Position numbers and translations under genes: made by a program
Shown: positions 15,662 to 28,788 of the stretch, one piece after another
How the letters are laid out: each line of letters starts with the position of its first letter
Position numbering within the stretch: position 1 is the first letter of the stretch
The notes under the pieces: generated by a model
What the model was told of the DNA's origin: nothing
Seen by the model: only the letters and a program-made list of their open reading frames with translations
The model's database searches: none
Origin: Octopus vulgaris
Lineage: Eukaryota
Assembly: GCA_951406725.2 (NCBI GenBank)
Contig: OX597827.1
Span: forward strand, 28,892,001 to 28,956,000
Direction: 5' to 3'
Length of the DNA: 64,000 nt

Positions 15662-17639
15662 TATATCTCTGAAAGAATTGGAATGATTGCGATGTTACGG
15701 TGATGTGTGTTTACTTGGTCATGAACGTATCGTAAGTTCAAACATGTCATTTTTTTTCTGAGGAGCTACAAAGATAATTCTGAAGAATGATCTCTAAAAC
15801 CGATCAACCATTTCTACGTTTCTTTTGACCGTAAAGGTTCGATCAACTGACCCGCTTTATAACCGCTGAGTGGAAAGTTTTGATTACATCTAAATATTTT
15901 GTAAGAGCGATTGACTGTCCGCAAACATATTGAATGACTCACTCAAAGCCCATGACATTTTCGGACCTTTGAAACTGGTATGAGGAAGAGAAGATATTAT
16001 CCTTAGAATAAAGACATGTCTCATGTGCTTACTACAGGGGAGACTCCGGCTAAAGGTAACCTGGGATATATGTTATGTTGTTATAAAGGTAACAGATACG
16101 TCTATCTTCATTTAAAGATGTTCTGCTTTAAAAACCATAAAATATGAATGGAATGATTAGATATCAAGATGTCCAGACTTCGTGCTTGTATGTGTCTATC
16201 AGAATCTACGAAGTTTCATAAAACATCTCAGAAATTACTAGAGCTGGATGAATGTCTTGAAATTCAGGTTGAAAGTATCAGATTTGAGAGGAGTAGGTGT
16301 CAGGTCTTGCAATTCACGAGAGTTCGTTGAAGGGTGTGACAATCAAGATACGTGGCTGAAGTAGCAGGAAATCAAAAGAATTAGCTCAAGATCTCGATAT
16401 TCATGTGACTTGTAAACTAACACAAAAAACAGTCTATGAACAGTTTTCATTTGATGTACCGATTAAATATAAACTGTGGGAGATTTTTTGGTTGGTAGAT
16501 AAAGGAGAGACAAATCAACATTCAAAGATTCAACGCTATCTTATGACATGACGCAACTAAATTCTTTTTAATGCCGCGTCAGATAGGTTTGCCCGTTAGA
16601 ATTTCTCACAAATTCTCGATGACACATTCTCATATATCCAACAATCACTTACCCGCTAACTCCTACTCGCCCCCTTTACTTAATAAATAGATGAATCAAT
16701 CAGTCACTCAATTCTTTAATTATATATTGTATATAAGCCGTAGCAAAATGAAAGCTCATGATAAACCGAAACTGAAATGAGATTTCATGGTTGAATTCCA
16801 TTTGAATTCACTTAATTACTGATGTCATTAGGAAAGTAATAAACATCACAACATATGCTCTTCTCTTTAAATTTAGGGCTTTTATGCCCGATCAGATTTA
16901 CGTTCTTTATGTAGCGAATACCTATAAAGCTTAGTGGCATTCATGTTACCTTGATATGCCATTAAAGCTATTTTACTTCATTTATCGTAATGTGTTGCGA
17001 AGTCATGAAATTCAGAAAAGCTCTATCTATAAATCTGAGGCTAAGTCACCTGATTTACGTTAGATTATTACAGAAATTTATCAGGTTAAAACTAACCATT
17101 TAATAATTCGACATCGCCCTCTGCAGGAATAAGAGTTAAAATGCAGTGAATATCGCAGCGATCTTGATAAAAGTGGGGAAAAACTACAACATCCAACTTC
17201 AAAAGGGAATGAGCCTGCGTGCCATCTGTTGACAAGAACCTTAATTAACCAAAGCCTGGTATCTCGTTTTCTTCAGTGGGTAAGAGATGTCAAGCAGTCG
17301 TCTCAGGTCACAGGAATTTCAGCCATGATTGAAACGTATTGCAACTGTTTGGGTTAACCCATGTGCAGTATAAACCCTATTTTTAGGAAACAAAAATGAA
17401 AAGAAATGTATGTCCGTTACATCCATTACTACATTCCTCCTGCAATTTTCCTTTATTTTGCTCTAGAAATCAATCAGTTCTAATCATATGAGGGCAATGG
17501 AAGAAATTCTGAGTTTTCTTTTAAAATCCGCCGTAGAAGAATATCAACATGCGATGCATTCGGTACCTGTCAATGATGAGTGGAATGTTCGATAAGCTTT
17601 TATACATATTGTCGAATAAACCAATTACAATCATACCTG

Positions 17640-17997
17640 TTTTTTAACCACATGGCACTGATTTCAGTCCTGCCGCGTGACACCTTGGGCAAATGTCTTC
17701 TACTATAGCCTCGAACCGACCAAAGCATTGTGAGTAGATTTTGTAGACGGAAACTGAAAGAAGCCCATCATGTGTTTGTGTGTGTGTATTTTTGTACCTG
17801 TTTTTGTCCTCCACCTACATTTGACGACCGGTCTTGGTATGTTTACGGCCACGTAACCTAGCGGCTCGGCAAAAGAGACCAATAGAATAAGTACTAGGCT
17901 TTAAAAAAAATTACTGAGGTCGATCCATTCGACTAAAGATTCTTCCAGGTGGTGCCCCAGCATGGCCGCAGTCCAATGACTGAAACAGGTGAAAGGA
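17640..17997 (+). mobile_element. SINE family A, 5' truncated
   Basis: accttgggcaaatgtcttctactatagcc...gacggaaactgaaagaagccc...cagcatggccgcagtc. Confidence 0.8.
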
Positions 17998-18339
17998 AAT
18001 AATTACACAAGATGAATAAAAAAACAGTCTTTTCAAATTTTGTCTGAAATCCTGTAATTTTAGGAAAAAAGATAAATTGATTGCATCGTCTCCGCTCCTT
18101 GGCTGGAACTTATTTTATTGACACCGAAATGATGAAAGGTAAATCAGATTTTAGCAGAAGTTGAGCACGGACCGTAAAACAGCCGTAAGTCATGCGTCTA
18201 AGCATTTTTGCCAGTGTGCAAAACATTCTGCCAACTCACCAACTCACCATTTTACCATCTGACCAGGTAGTAATTCTTTCTACCATAGGTAGAAATTTTC
18301 AGGGTAGGTGCTTGTTGATTACGTTCCGGGCAATTTTTC

Positions 18340-18691
18340 CTACATCCTATTTGTCGCACAAATCGACCCAAGGACTTATTCTTTGTAGGCCTAGTATTTA
18401 TTCTATCGGTCACTTTTGCCGAACAGCTAGATAACGGGGACGTATCCACACCAGCTTCGGTTGTTAAGCGATGGTGGAGAGAGAAACAGATATACAAACA
18501 GTCACACAGACACACACAAACTTGGGCAAGTGTCTTCTGCTATAGCCTCGGGCCGACCAAAGTTTGTTAGTGGAATTGGTCGGCCCGAGGCTGTAGCAGA
18601 AGGCCCTTGCCCAAGGTGCCACGCAGTGGGACTTACCCCGGATACATATGGTTGGTAAGCAAGCTACTTACCACACAGCCAGTCCTGCGCC
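18340..18691 (-). mobile_element. SINE family A, rearranged
   Basis: Reverse-complement head at 18580-18691 and 3' part at 18340-18500, with an internal inverted piece. Confidence 0.7.
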
Positions 18692-18727
18692 TCATATATT
18701 TTTTGTTGAAATTTCTATATACACAAA

Positions 18728-19067
18728 GATGCGGGTGTCTCAGTGTGGTAAGAAGCTTCCTTACAAACCACATGGTTCTGGGTTCAGTTCTACTGTGTGA
18801 TACCTTGGGCAAGTGTCTTTTAAAATAGCATCTGGCCCACCAAAATCTTATGAGTGAATTTAGTATGCGGAAACTGAATAAAGCTCCTCATACATGTACA
18901 TACATATATATATGTATATGTATGTATATATAATGTATGTATGTATGTATGTAGGTATATGTATATGTATGTATGTATGTATGTAGGTATATGTATATGT
19001 ATGTATGTATATATATATATATACACATACAAACACACACGTTTGTATATATATATATATTTATATG

Positions 19068-19132
<65 letters not shown>

Positions 19133-19345
19133 GTGTGTGTTTGTGTGTGTGTCTGTGTCTGATAGTCACCTACTACCACTTGACAACCGGTGTTGCTGTG
19201 TTTACGTCCTAGTAACTTAGCTGTTCGTCAAAAGGGTGAATGGAATAAATTCCAAGCTTAGAACAAAAGTACTGGGATCATTTCATTCGATTAAAAGTCC
19301 CTCAAGGCCAAAATCTAACGCCCGAAACAAGAGACAAAAGAGAAA
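18728..19345 (+). mobile_element. SINE family A with expanded internal microsatellite
   Basis: Head gtgtggtaagaagcttccttacaaaccacatggttc; 3' part cttgacaaccggtgttg. Confidence 0.7.
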
Positions 19346-19411
19346 AGATATTTTTATATCCCGAAAGTTGCTTCAATTTGGAGTCATTGTTACATATATT
19401 TGTGTGCGTGC

Positions 19412-19466
<55 letters not shown>

Positions 19467-19483
19467 CGTGTGTGTGTGTGTGT

Positions 19484-19869
19484 AAGCACAATGGTCCAGT
19501 GGTTAGGGCAGCGGACTCGCTGTCGTAGGACCGTGGTTTCGATTCTCAGACTGGACATTGTAAGTGTTTATTGAGCGAAAACATCTAAAGCTCCACAAAT
19601 CTCCGGCAGATGGTGGTGGTGGTGGACCCTGGTGTACTCTTTCACCACAACTTCCCCTCACTCTTTCTTCTTGTTTCTGTTGTACCTGTCTGTATTTTAA
19701 AGGGCCAGCGTCATCACACACTGTGCCACGCTGAATCACCCACGAGAACTACGTTAAGGGTACACGTGTCTGTGGAGTACTCAGCCACTTGCACGTTAAT
19801 TTCACTAGCTCGCTGTTCCGTTGATCTGATCAACTGGAATTCTCGTCGTCGTAACCAATGGAGTGTCAC

Positions 19870-19870
<1 letters not shown>
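19484..19870 (+). mobile_element. tRNA-derived SINE (family C)
   Basis: A box tggtccagtggttaggg and B box gtttcgattc; body shared with 24520-24782 and 62600-62770. Confidence 0.75.
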
Positions 19871-19955
<85 letters not shown>

Positions 19956-21222
19956 CATATAATTAAGGGCTAAAGAGGGTTATTCTAAAGCCAATACACT
20001 AATTTATCCACTTATAATCCGCTTGCTACAGGAGAATTGAAACTGAAAACGGGCAACTAACCTTTAGAAAATTTAAATTTCGTTATCTCTATATTGAATC
20101 AATTTCGCAATTAATCTTTTAAAAAGATATATTCTTTCTTCAGTAGAGCTTTCGATGGGATATAAATAAAATACTCACGTATGATCATGGAAAAAGCACA
20201 AGCTAAAAACATAACTACACTTGAGTACATCATTTATATCTAAAAATAAAAATTCTTTGGTCAGCCTCAGAAACAACGTCTTGACCTTTCGCCGCTACAA
20301 ATTGTAATGGTTACCTGTCCTCCCGTAGCAAGCAGCGAGTTTACTACTAACAATATAGGATGAAGTCCCTTTCTCTACAGAAAAGGAATCCATCAGGAAG
20401 CGTGGGCAGTATATTTAAAAAAACCGTTACGGTTGAAGTATAAACATCATATAATTAAGGGCTAAAGAGGGTTATTCTAAAGCCAATACACTGATTTATC
20501 CACTTATAATCCGCTTGCTACAGGAGAATTGAAACTGAAAACGGGCAACTAACCTTTAGAAAATTTAAATTTCGTTATCTCTATATTGAATCAATTTCGC
20601 AATTAATCTTATAAAAAGATATATTCTTTCTTCAGTAGAGCTTTCGATGGGATATAAATAAAATACTCACGTATGATCATGGAAAAAGAACAAGCTAAAA
20701 ACATAACTACACTTGAGTACACTTGAGTAGCAAGCAGCGATGCTACGGGAGGACCGGTAACCATTACAATTTGTAGCGGCGAAAGGTCAAGACGTTGTTT
20801 CTGAGGCTGACCAAAGAATTTTTATTTTTAGATATAAATGATGTACTCAAGTGTAGTTATGTTTTTAGCTTGTGCTTTTTCCATGATCATACGTGAGTAT
20901 TTTATTTATATCCCATCGAAAGCTCTACTGAAGAAAGAATATATCTTTTTATAAGATTAATTGCGAAATTGATTCAATATAGAGATAACGAAATTTAAAT
21001 TTTTTAAAGGTTAGTTGCCCGTTTTCAGTTTCAATTCTCCTGTAGCAAGCGGATTATAAGTGGATAAATCAGTGTATTGGCTTTAGAATAACCCTCTTTA
21101 GCCCTTAATTATATGATGTTTATACTTCAACCGTAACGGGTTTTTTTAAATATACTGCCCACGCTTCCTGATGGATTCCTTTTCTGTAGAGAAAGGGACT
21201 TCATCCTATATTGTTAGTAGTA
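19956..21222. repeat. 492-bp unit array: about 1.55 direct copies followed by about 1 inverted copy
   Basis: 19956 repeats at 20448 (period 492); 20741-21222 is the reverse complement; copies nearly identical; (TA)n on both flanks. Confidence 0.92.
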
Positions 21223-23049
21223 TATATATATAAATGTTGTTCCTGAAAACTATATTTCTTTAAACAATGTAATTTATTTCGGAGACCGTTCCTGAATAAT
21301 GTACTGAAAGGCGAAGGTAAAGAATGCGCTCACCCATGGTTTAGGGCTAGTGTTAGAGTTTAGAGTTAGAGTTAGGGTTACGCCGAAAACGGTTGATATG
21401 CGTATTATTTACCCCCGCTGACATTCTAAAATATCTAGTAACAGACTCTCTCCCTGAAATAATACCCACATTAAAAATTAGTTCTTCAAGCAGCCTTGAG
21501 AAACACCGAAAATTCTCGAAGGAAACTTTGGAACGTCTGAACGCAATGAGCAACGAATAAAAATTCCAGTTTCAAAATTTTGGTACAAGGCCGAGGATTT
21601 TAAATGGCAGAGGGTAGTCAATTACATTGTCCTCAATATTTGACTGGTACTTAGGTTACCGACCTCGGAAGAACGAAAAGCAAATCTGACACTGATAGGA
21701 TTTTTAACTCAGTAAGTAGAGCGCCAAGACAATTAAAAGCCTAAAACTTATTTCGACGAGTTAATGATTCTGCCATCAAGCCGCTTGACATTCCATAATA
21801 ATAATAATTTCTTAAATGCGATAAAGGCACACATTTTTATCGTTTCGATATCGATAAAATAAAGTAGATATACCAATTAAATCATTTGTACATCTCTTCA
21901 CAAATTTATGGCTTTGTATCTCGCTTAGAAATCATTGTAGCTAACAGCAATAAATTGTTGTTGTTGTTGTTGTTGTCATCGTTGTTGCTGTGTCTATATT
22001 CGAACTTATCTATGCATTAGATTAAAAAGATTTAATTATCCTGGTTGTCGATGTCGTTTAGCCACTGCAGAACTATAATTATATGCGTTCTCTGTCGTGG
22101 CCATCTCGTCTTCCCCCACTTTTTTTTAGGGACGGTGTTAATCCATTATTACATTACCTAATGGGATTTTCCTATTTTAAGTCGATAGGTGGGATATGAA
22201 TGATATGAGAAACATCTGTCTGTCTGTCTGCCTGACTGACCGATTTGCTGCTATTTCTAGCAGTTCAAACATCTCAGCAAAAAGCAACTCTGTTGACATA
22301 TCTGTACTTTCTATCGAACTTTAGATAGGACTCTTCTCAAAGAACATAATAAAATCAAAATTTATCAATTAGTTTGTGATGTTAAAATCGAGTTAATGTG
22401 TATTTAATGTTCCTTATTCATTTAGTATCTTTCTGTAAGATATCATTTCAGCGCCAGCTGTAACCATAGAGAACGTGAGTTATAACCATAGGAAAATGGA
22501 ACAAAATAATATCAATGTATATAACTCATATATTATTTATCTACAGTAATACAAATAGACTTTCAATTTATAAAATATGCTTCCAGACATACATACACAT
22601 ACTGAACAAGTTGGTTATCATGCTGTTTAGCTATTTCCAATAATAGTTTCTTGTTATTTCCTTCAATGTACATAATGTCTGTTCATAATCTTTAATCACA
22701 ATATCAGGTCATTTAGTAAATGTCTCCGTTTCAGTAAGCAACATTATATACTTAAAGATGTTTTCATTCTTTCACCACATTCTATATACTAACCTATCTT
22801 ATCTCTCTCTCCCTCTCTCTCTATCTCTCTATCTCTCTTTCTCTCTTTCTCCCTCTACTTTCATATATGTGTGGGTAGGGAGTTCAGTTGTAATAGAAAC
22901 AATTTTGCAATAATCTGATGTGTTACTCTATACTTTTGTAGAGCAGAAATTCATTTTCTTAAAAAAGAATGGCTCAGCAAACCGAAACTTCGAAGCTACT
23001 GTCAAAAGCAATCTTAATACAGTTCTATATTGAAGAGATGAGGAATTAT

Positions 23050-23277
23050 TTGCATTATTTACATTATTTACATTTGACGGATATTTGTCCTCATCTTTGT
23101 TGTTAACACAACATTTCGACTGATAGACTCTCCAGCCTTAGGAATGAGAACCCAGGTTCGAAATTTCCCCAAGACACCTCATGAAGGCTGGAGGGTATAT
23201 CAGCCGAAACGTTGTGCTAACAACAAACACGATGAGGATAAATATCGTCTAATGTAAATAATGTAAATAATGTAAAA
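23050..23277. mobile_element. Inverted pLTR-like repeat with mutated HHR (23173-23218, +)
   Basis: GACAC-CTCATGA-A-GGCTG(...)CAGCC-GAAAC-GTT-GTGC with G5->C. Arms 23053-23139 and 23185-23275. Same family as 59828-60180. Confidence 0.75.
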
Positions 23278-23289
23278 AACCTTCGTTTG

Positions 23290-23380
<91 letters not shown>

Positions 23381-23488
23381 TAATAATAATAACAACAACA
23401 ATTATATATATATATATATATTGTGACCGCGTGTGTACCGTTGGCGATTTTTTTCTCTGTCTTCCCTTCTCTGGATCTTTCCTTCTAT

Positions 23489-23523
23489 GTTTCCGACGAA
23501 GAGCTCCGCTCGAAACGTTTAAC
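23489..23523 (+). ncRNA. Minimal type I hammerhead (U4C core)
   Basis: GTTT-CCGACGA-A-GAGC(TCC)GCTC-GAAAC-GTT-TAAC; palindromic AACGTT stem III; one mismatch in helix I. Confidence 0.6.
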
Positions 23524-23530
23524 CCTCCTT

Positions 23531-23730
23531 CTTTCCTTCCTTCCTGAGCGTCCAATAATACTATATTTGTTCCACGCCCTCGCGTTGTTGTGTTTTTTTG
23601 TGCTTTCATGTTTGGATTAACTATATATATAGTTAATCCAAACATGAAAACACGAAGAGAAAACACAACAACGCGAGGACGTGGAACAAATATAGTATTA
23701 TTGGACGCTCAGGAAGGAAGGAAGGAAAGA
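23531..23730. repeat. About 95-bp-arm palindrome centred on (TA)n: two tail-to-tail copies of one repeat family
   Basis: cttcctgagcgtccaataatac...ggattaac TATATATATA gttaatcc...gtattattggacgctcaggaag; same family at 44169-44352 (-). Confidence 0.85.
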
Positions 23731-24010
23731 AGGACAAGCACACATACGTGTGGCTGTGTGGTAAGTAGCTTGCTTACCAGCCACATGGTTCCGGGTTCAG
23801 TCCCACTGCATGGCACGTTGGGCATGTCTTCTACTATATATGTATTTTTATATTCTTTTACTTGTTTCAGTCATTTGACTGTGGCCATGGTGGAGCACTG
23901 CCGAACATATCAACCCCAGGATTTAATCTTTGTAAACTTAGTACTTATTCTATCGATCTATTTTACCGTAAACACAACAGCATCGGTTGCCCAGCGATGC
24001 TGAGGGAAAA

Positions 24011-24074
<64 letters not shown>

Positions 24075-24262
24075 CGACGTTCACAGAAGTGAGTTGCGAC
24101 GTCGTCACTGGTCCCAAGCTGCATTGAACTTTGCTTTCTCTCGGAAAACATCGGTGGCGTGGGGAGGGGAGACTGGCATGCATGAACGACTGCTGGTCCG
24201 GACTTGTGCCTCGGAGGATAACTTTCTAGGTGCAATCTCGTGGTTATTCATGACCGAGAGTT
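24075..24262 (+). mobile_element. SINE family B, 3' part
   Basis: Reverse complement of the 39805-40010 body. Confidence 0.7.
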
Positions 24263-24329
24263 TCACCCACTCACCCATATATATATATATATGATAATGA
24301 ATGATTATATATATATAAATATATATATA

Positions 24330-24470
24330 TTGGGCTGGTGCATAATTATTGCAGCTTTTTTTCAACAAATTTTATTCAACAATGACATCATTAAATGATT
24401 ATTTCGGAGCATATTCACCATCTATTTCAATTACTGCTTCCCATTTGCCTGGCAGGCGGTCAAACCATCA
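24330..24470 (-). mobile_element. mariner 3' end (transposase C-terminus and TIR)
   Basis: Minus strand reads DRLPGKWEAVIEIDGEYAPK*; TIR ttgggctggtgcataattattgc preceded by TA. Confidence 0.8.
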
Positions 24471-24519
24471 TTTAATGGATGCATACATTTATATATGTTA
24501 TATATATATATATATGTGG

Positions 24520-24782
24520 AGGCGCAATGGCCCAGTGGTTAGGATCGCGGTTTCGATTTCCAGACCGGGCGTTGTGAGTGTTTATTGAGCGAAAACACCT
24601 AAAGCTCCACGATGCTCCGGCAGAGGGTGGTGGCGATTGCTGCTGTACTCTTTCGCCACAACTTTCTCTCACTCTTTCTTCTGTTGGCCTGCTCGCGTAG
24701 CCAGCGGGGTGGCGTCATTTGAAGGCTAAAAAGCAATGCGAAGCGCATTGTGACCATCTGATAGCCTCGTCGGTCACGGTGA
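24520..24782 (+). mobile_element. SINE family C
   Basis: ggcgcaatggcccagtggttagg...gtttcgatttcc head; body shared with 19484-19870. Confidence 0.75.
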
Positions 24783-24825
24783 TACATACACATATACACA
24801 CACACACACATATATCTATAAATAC

Positions 24826-24893
<68 letters not shown>

Positions 24894-25590
24894 ATTTATA
24901 TATATATATATTTAATAATATTGAGATTATTGTATACAGTGTTATACTTATAAATTAAGGATATAATTATTAAAATCATTATCAGTGGCCAGCGAATAAA
25001 AAAACACTCTATCGGTAAAATTGTTTTTTAATTATATGATTACAAAAATGTAATTATAATTAAGGCCGCTGGAATGCCAGTATCATGCATTGAAGTCATC
25101 TTCATCAGAATACAGCTTAGATGGTCAATTCGTGTATGAGTGATATCAGAATTTCGAAGCAACTTTTCTTTACCCAATTCCCAAAAGGAGAACAGTTTGA
25201 AACCTACACTGATGCCTCAAAGTCTAACTAAAAGATAATCTGAAGCGATGCAACACTCCTTTTTTTCCTGGTGCCAGTCCTGCCTCTCCTCAGTTCAAAG
25301 ATTTGTGCTAGCATGAAGTCACGCTGGCAAAACGCTACACCTCTAAATGGAAAGCTAACTCGTCAGTGTGGTTCTGGGGCACGAAGCAAGGAGGTCATGA
25401 CGCCCACTCAAAAAGACACTTAATAAATGATCCACAACTATTCGAGTGAATTGTGCCATCAACTTGTTTCATTTGCCAAAAGAACACCAAGGGGCCTCAA
25501 GAGACACATTCGCGCCGACAGAACATGGTTATCGCTATTTATTCTACTGAACAGTCATTTGTCGTTCACGACAAGACAATCTTTTTTCTC

Positions 25591-25707
<117 letters not shown>

Positions 25708-25769
25708 ATATGGACGTACAGGACGTCACCAACGGTGCAAACAACATGCAATACGTAAACAACGAGAAG

Positions 25770-25950
25770 AAATATGCTTTAATATTATTACTAGCTGCAA
25801 AACCATCACAAAAAGACTGCTACTCAGAGTTGCACGCTTCCTGTTCGTCGAACAGTGACGAACAGGGGCGTGAAACTCTGACTAGCAATTTTTTGTGATA
25901 TTTTTGTGATTTCTTTTTTTTTGGCAGCTTTAGTAATAATAAAACATATA
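25770..25950. mobile_element. Inverted repeat with two decayed HHR-like motifs
   Basis: Arms around 25852; consensus xxGACGA-AC..GT-GAAAC-TCTGA-GTA-GCA; each copy has core mutations. Confidence 0.5.
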
Positions 25951-26454
25951 TACATATATACATACAAACACACACACACATATATACATACATACATATA
26001 TATATATATATATGGGAGAGAGAGAGAAATATACATACATACACGAATAAACACATACACACATAAACATATAAACATACATGCATATATAGAAGCGATG
26101 ATTTGCCGGTCGGTGGGTGACATAGGGTCACACTAGATAATGTAGTGGTCGGAATGAAATGGGACGGGTTGTTGAATATAAGAAAATTTTCTTCAATTTT
26201 GCGACAGGTTCCATTTTGAATGCGCAGAATATATTTCTATTCCTTTTCTTCACGTAGCATTCCTCACACAAGCACACTTACACACACGCACGCACACATA
26301 CACACACACGCACACACAAAAAAGAACTCACTCACTCATTCATACACACTCTTTTATTTTCTTTAAATATCAGTATACAAATTTCGTTTTAGGAACGTAT
26401 CAATATGAACGCTAACAACGCTGGGAATAGAAGAGGAGGGTGAAAAAAGAAAGG

Positions 26455-26704
26455 GAGAAATAAAGATGATGATGATGAGGAGGAGGATGACAAGGACGCC
26501 GACAACGACGATAACAACAACGACGACGACGAGGATGATGATGATAATGGTGATGGTGCTGCTGCTGTTGTTGCTTCTGCTGTTGCAGCTGTGGCGGCTA
26601 AAGGTGATGACGATGATGGCGAGGAGGAGGAGGAGGAGAGGGTGACAACGACGACGATAATGATGATGATGGTAATGGTGATGCTGATGATGATGAATAT
26701 GGCA

Positions 26705-26741
<37 letters not shown>

Positions 26742-27050
26742 CGACGATGATAATGCTGTTACAGCTACTGTTGCTGCTGCTGCCGTTACTGCTACTACTG
26801 CTAATGATGATGATGACGATAATAATAATGGTGCTGGTGACGAAGAAGAAGAAGAAGAAGAAGAAGAGAAAGAAGAGAAAGAAGAGAAAGAAGAAGAAGA
26901 AGGAGAAGAAGAAGAAGAAGAAGAAGAAGTAGAAGGAGGAGGAGGAGAAGAAGGAGGAGAAGAAGAAGAAGAAGAAGAAGAAGAAGAAGAAGAAGAAGAA
27001 GAAGAAGAAGAAGAAGATAAAGAAGAAGAACAACAACAACAACAACAACA
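26455..27050. repeat. Compound trinucleotide repeats (GAT/GAC/GAA/CAA)
   Basis: Directly visible. Confidence 0.95.
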
Positions 27051-27793
27051 ATTTTTTATAGAAAGATCGATATTTGATCGATTTCCACGATGAAGAACAA
27101 CATCAATTAGAGACATAACCTATTGCATTTTTATTTCACAATTTCCTTTCTTTTAACAATTTTTAATTTTCTTGAAATTTTCATCTTTCATTTTTCGTTA
27201 ACCGACATTTCCCAAAATCCCTAGTGATTTCAAAAATGGCCGTGTACGTAGCTTATTTCATTATATTTCAATGTTCGATAATTTAATGGTTTCCAATACA
27301 TTTTTCGTCCTCAATGATTCTTCAGAATATATATCCTTTTCCCGTACGTCCACGTTGATATTTGCCTTATCATCGATTGTCCCTGATCTCCCTTCCCCTC
27401 TTTCTCTATCCCTATTTCCATCTCCTTCTCCCACTCTCTCCCCTATCTCCCTCCCACCTCCACCCTCCTCTCTCTTTTATATGTAGTTATATATTTATGT
27501 GTGTCTATAAATATATATATATATATATATACATAAATGTATATGTGTATTTGTCTATGTATGCATGTATGCATGTATGCTTGTGTCTGTTTACACACAC
27601 ACAAGCACACACACATATATAATGTATATAGTGTAAAGACAAGAGCTACTAATAGTTTCTTCCTGTGAAGACATGTGTTTAGGCAGGTTTTTATTACACG
27701 CTTTGTATCTACAAGCAATCTTCACGCTACTTGATATCCATCTCTTGCTAAATGGTGTGTTTTTGGTTGAGCTTACCTTAACGGAACAGTAAG

Positions 27794-27835
<42 letters not shown>

Positions 27836-27839
<4 letters not shown>

Positions 27840-28050
27840 GAAAGAAGGTCTGAAAATGCAATTTTAAAGACGTTTATTCACTTGAACGGTTTCACTCTCT
27901 TAAGAAAAAGATTGTCAAAAGTAAAATGTTAAGCTATGTATGAGCTAAAGTTTTACATTTTACATTTGAGAATCTTTTACTTAAGAAAGTGAAACCGGTT
28001 AAATGAATAAACATCTTCAAAATTGCATTTTCAAATATTTTTTCATATAT
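27836..28050. mobile_element. Inverted repeat carrying two U3-A8 variant hammerheads (27877-27925 -, 27959-28007 +)
   Basis: Cores TTGACAA and TTGAGAA; stem II; GAAAC-CG-(G/T)TY; helix I TTTACTT/AAGTGAA. Confidence 0.6.
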
Positions 28051-28087
28051 ATTTCCACTCGTGTGGTACCTTAAAACTCTACTTTGT

Positions 28088-28171
<84 letters not shown>

Positions 28172-28204
28172 AGAACCTTTTGAGTAATGAGATAAAAAAA
28201 ACAA

Positions 28205-28510
28205 GGGTGGGTATATATTAGAACATTTATAGGTAGAAGGTCTTACAGCTGTTTCCAGGATATTTATTAATTATATCCCTTCATCGGAGACGGTGTGAGA
28301 GGAAGGTTAAGTCATAGTTAGTTTAGATGTGATATAAAATAGAGAGTGAGGTGGTGGAAAGAAAACTCTCTATTTTATATCACATCTAAACTAACTATGA
28401 CTTAATCATCTTCTCTAACCGTCTCCGATGAAGGGATATAATAAAAAATTATCCTGGAAACAGCTGTAAGACCTTATATCTATAAATGTTCTAATATCTA
28501 CACAGCTTTG
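28205..28510. mobile_element. Inverted repeat carrying two U4C hammerheads (28240-28291 -, 28421-28472 +)
   Basis: GTCT-CCGATGA-A-GGGATA(loop)TATCCT-G-GAAAC-AGCT-GTA-AGAC on both arms. Confidence 0.75.
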
Positions 28511-28513
28511 GGT

Positions 28514-28640
28514 TTTCCAATACATTTTTCGTCCTCAATGATTCTTCAGAATATATATCCTTTTCCCGTACGTCCACGTTGATATTTGCCTTATCATCGA
28601 TTGTCCCTGATCTCCCTTCCCCTCTTTCTCTATCCCTATT
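28514..28640 (+). repeat. 127-bp duplication of 27290-27416
   Basis: Identical by eye: tttccaatacatttttcgtcc...ctctatccctatt. Confidence 0.9.
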
Positions 28641-28788
28641 CAAAGGGAACCTCCACTTGCCTATCTATCTGTGAATACCTGTCAATACCGTGTATTTCTT
28701 CCGTAATGAGATATCATTACGGAAGAAATACACGGTATTGACAGGTATTCACAGATAGATAGGCAAGTGGAGGTTCCCTTTGAATAGG
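28635..28788. repeat. Perfect palindrome, 75-bp arms, 4-nt loop (GATA)
   Basis: 28635-28709 is the reverse complement of 28714-28788. Confidence 0.92.

Noticed and set aside
13900-17400. Complex unique-looking sequence, possibly old transposon coding remnants
   Set aside because: No motif recognised in manual translation apart from the MITE at 15150-15661.
21338-21380. Telomere-like TTAGGG/TTAGAG run
   Set aside because: Short and degenerate; likely internal to an old repeat.
25070-25125. Decayed HHR on minus strand (CTGATGA...GATAC); similar case at 41145-41184
   Set aside because: Too many core or stem mismatches to call.
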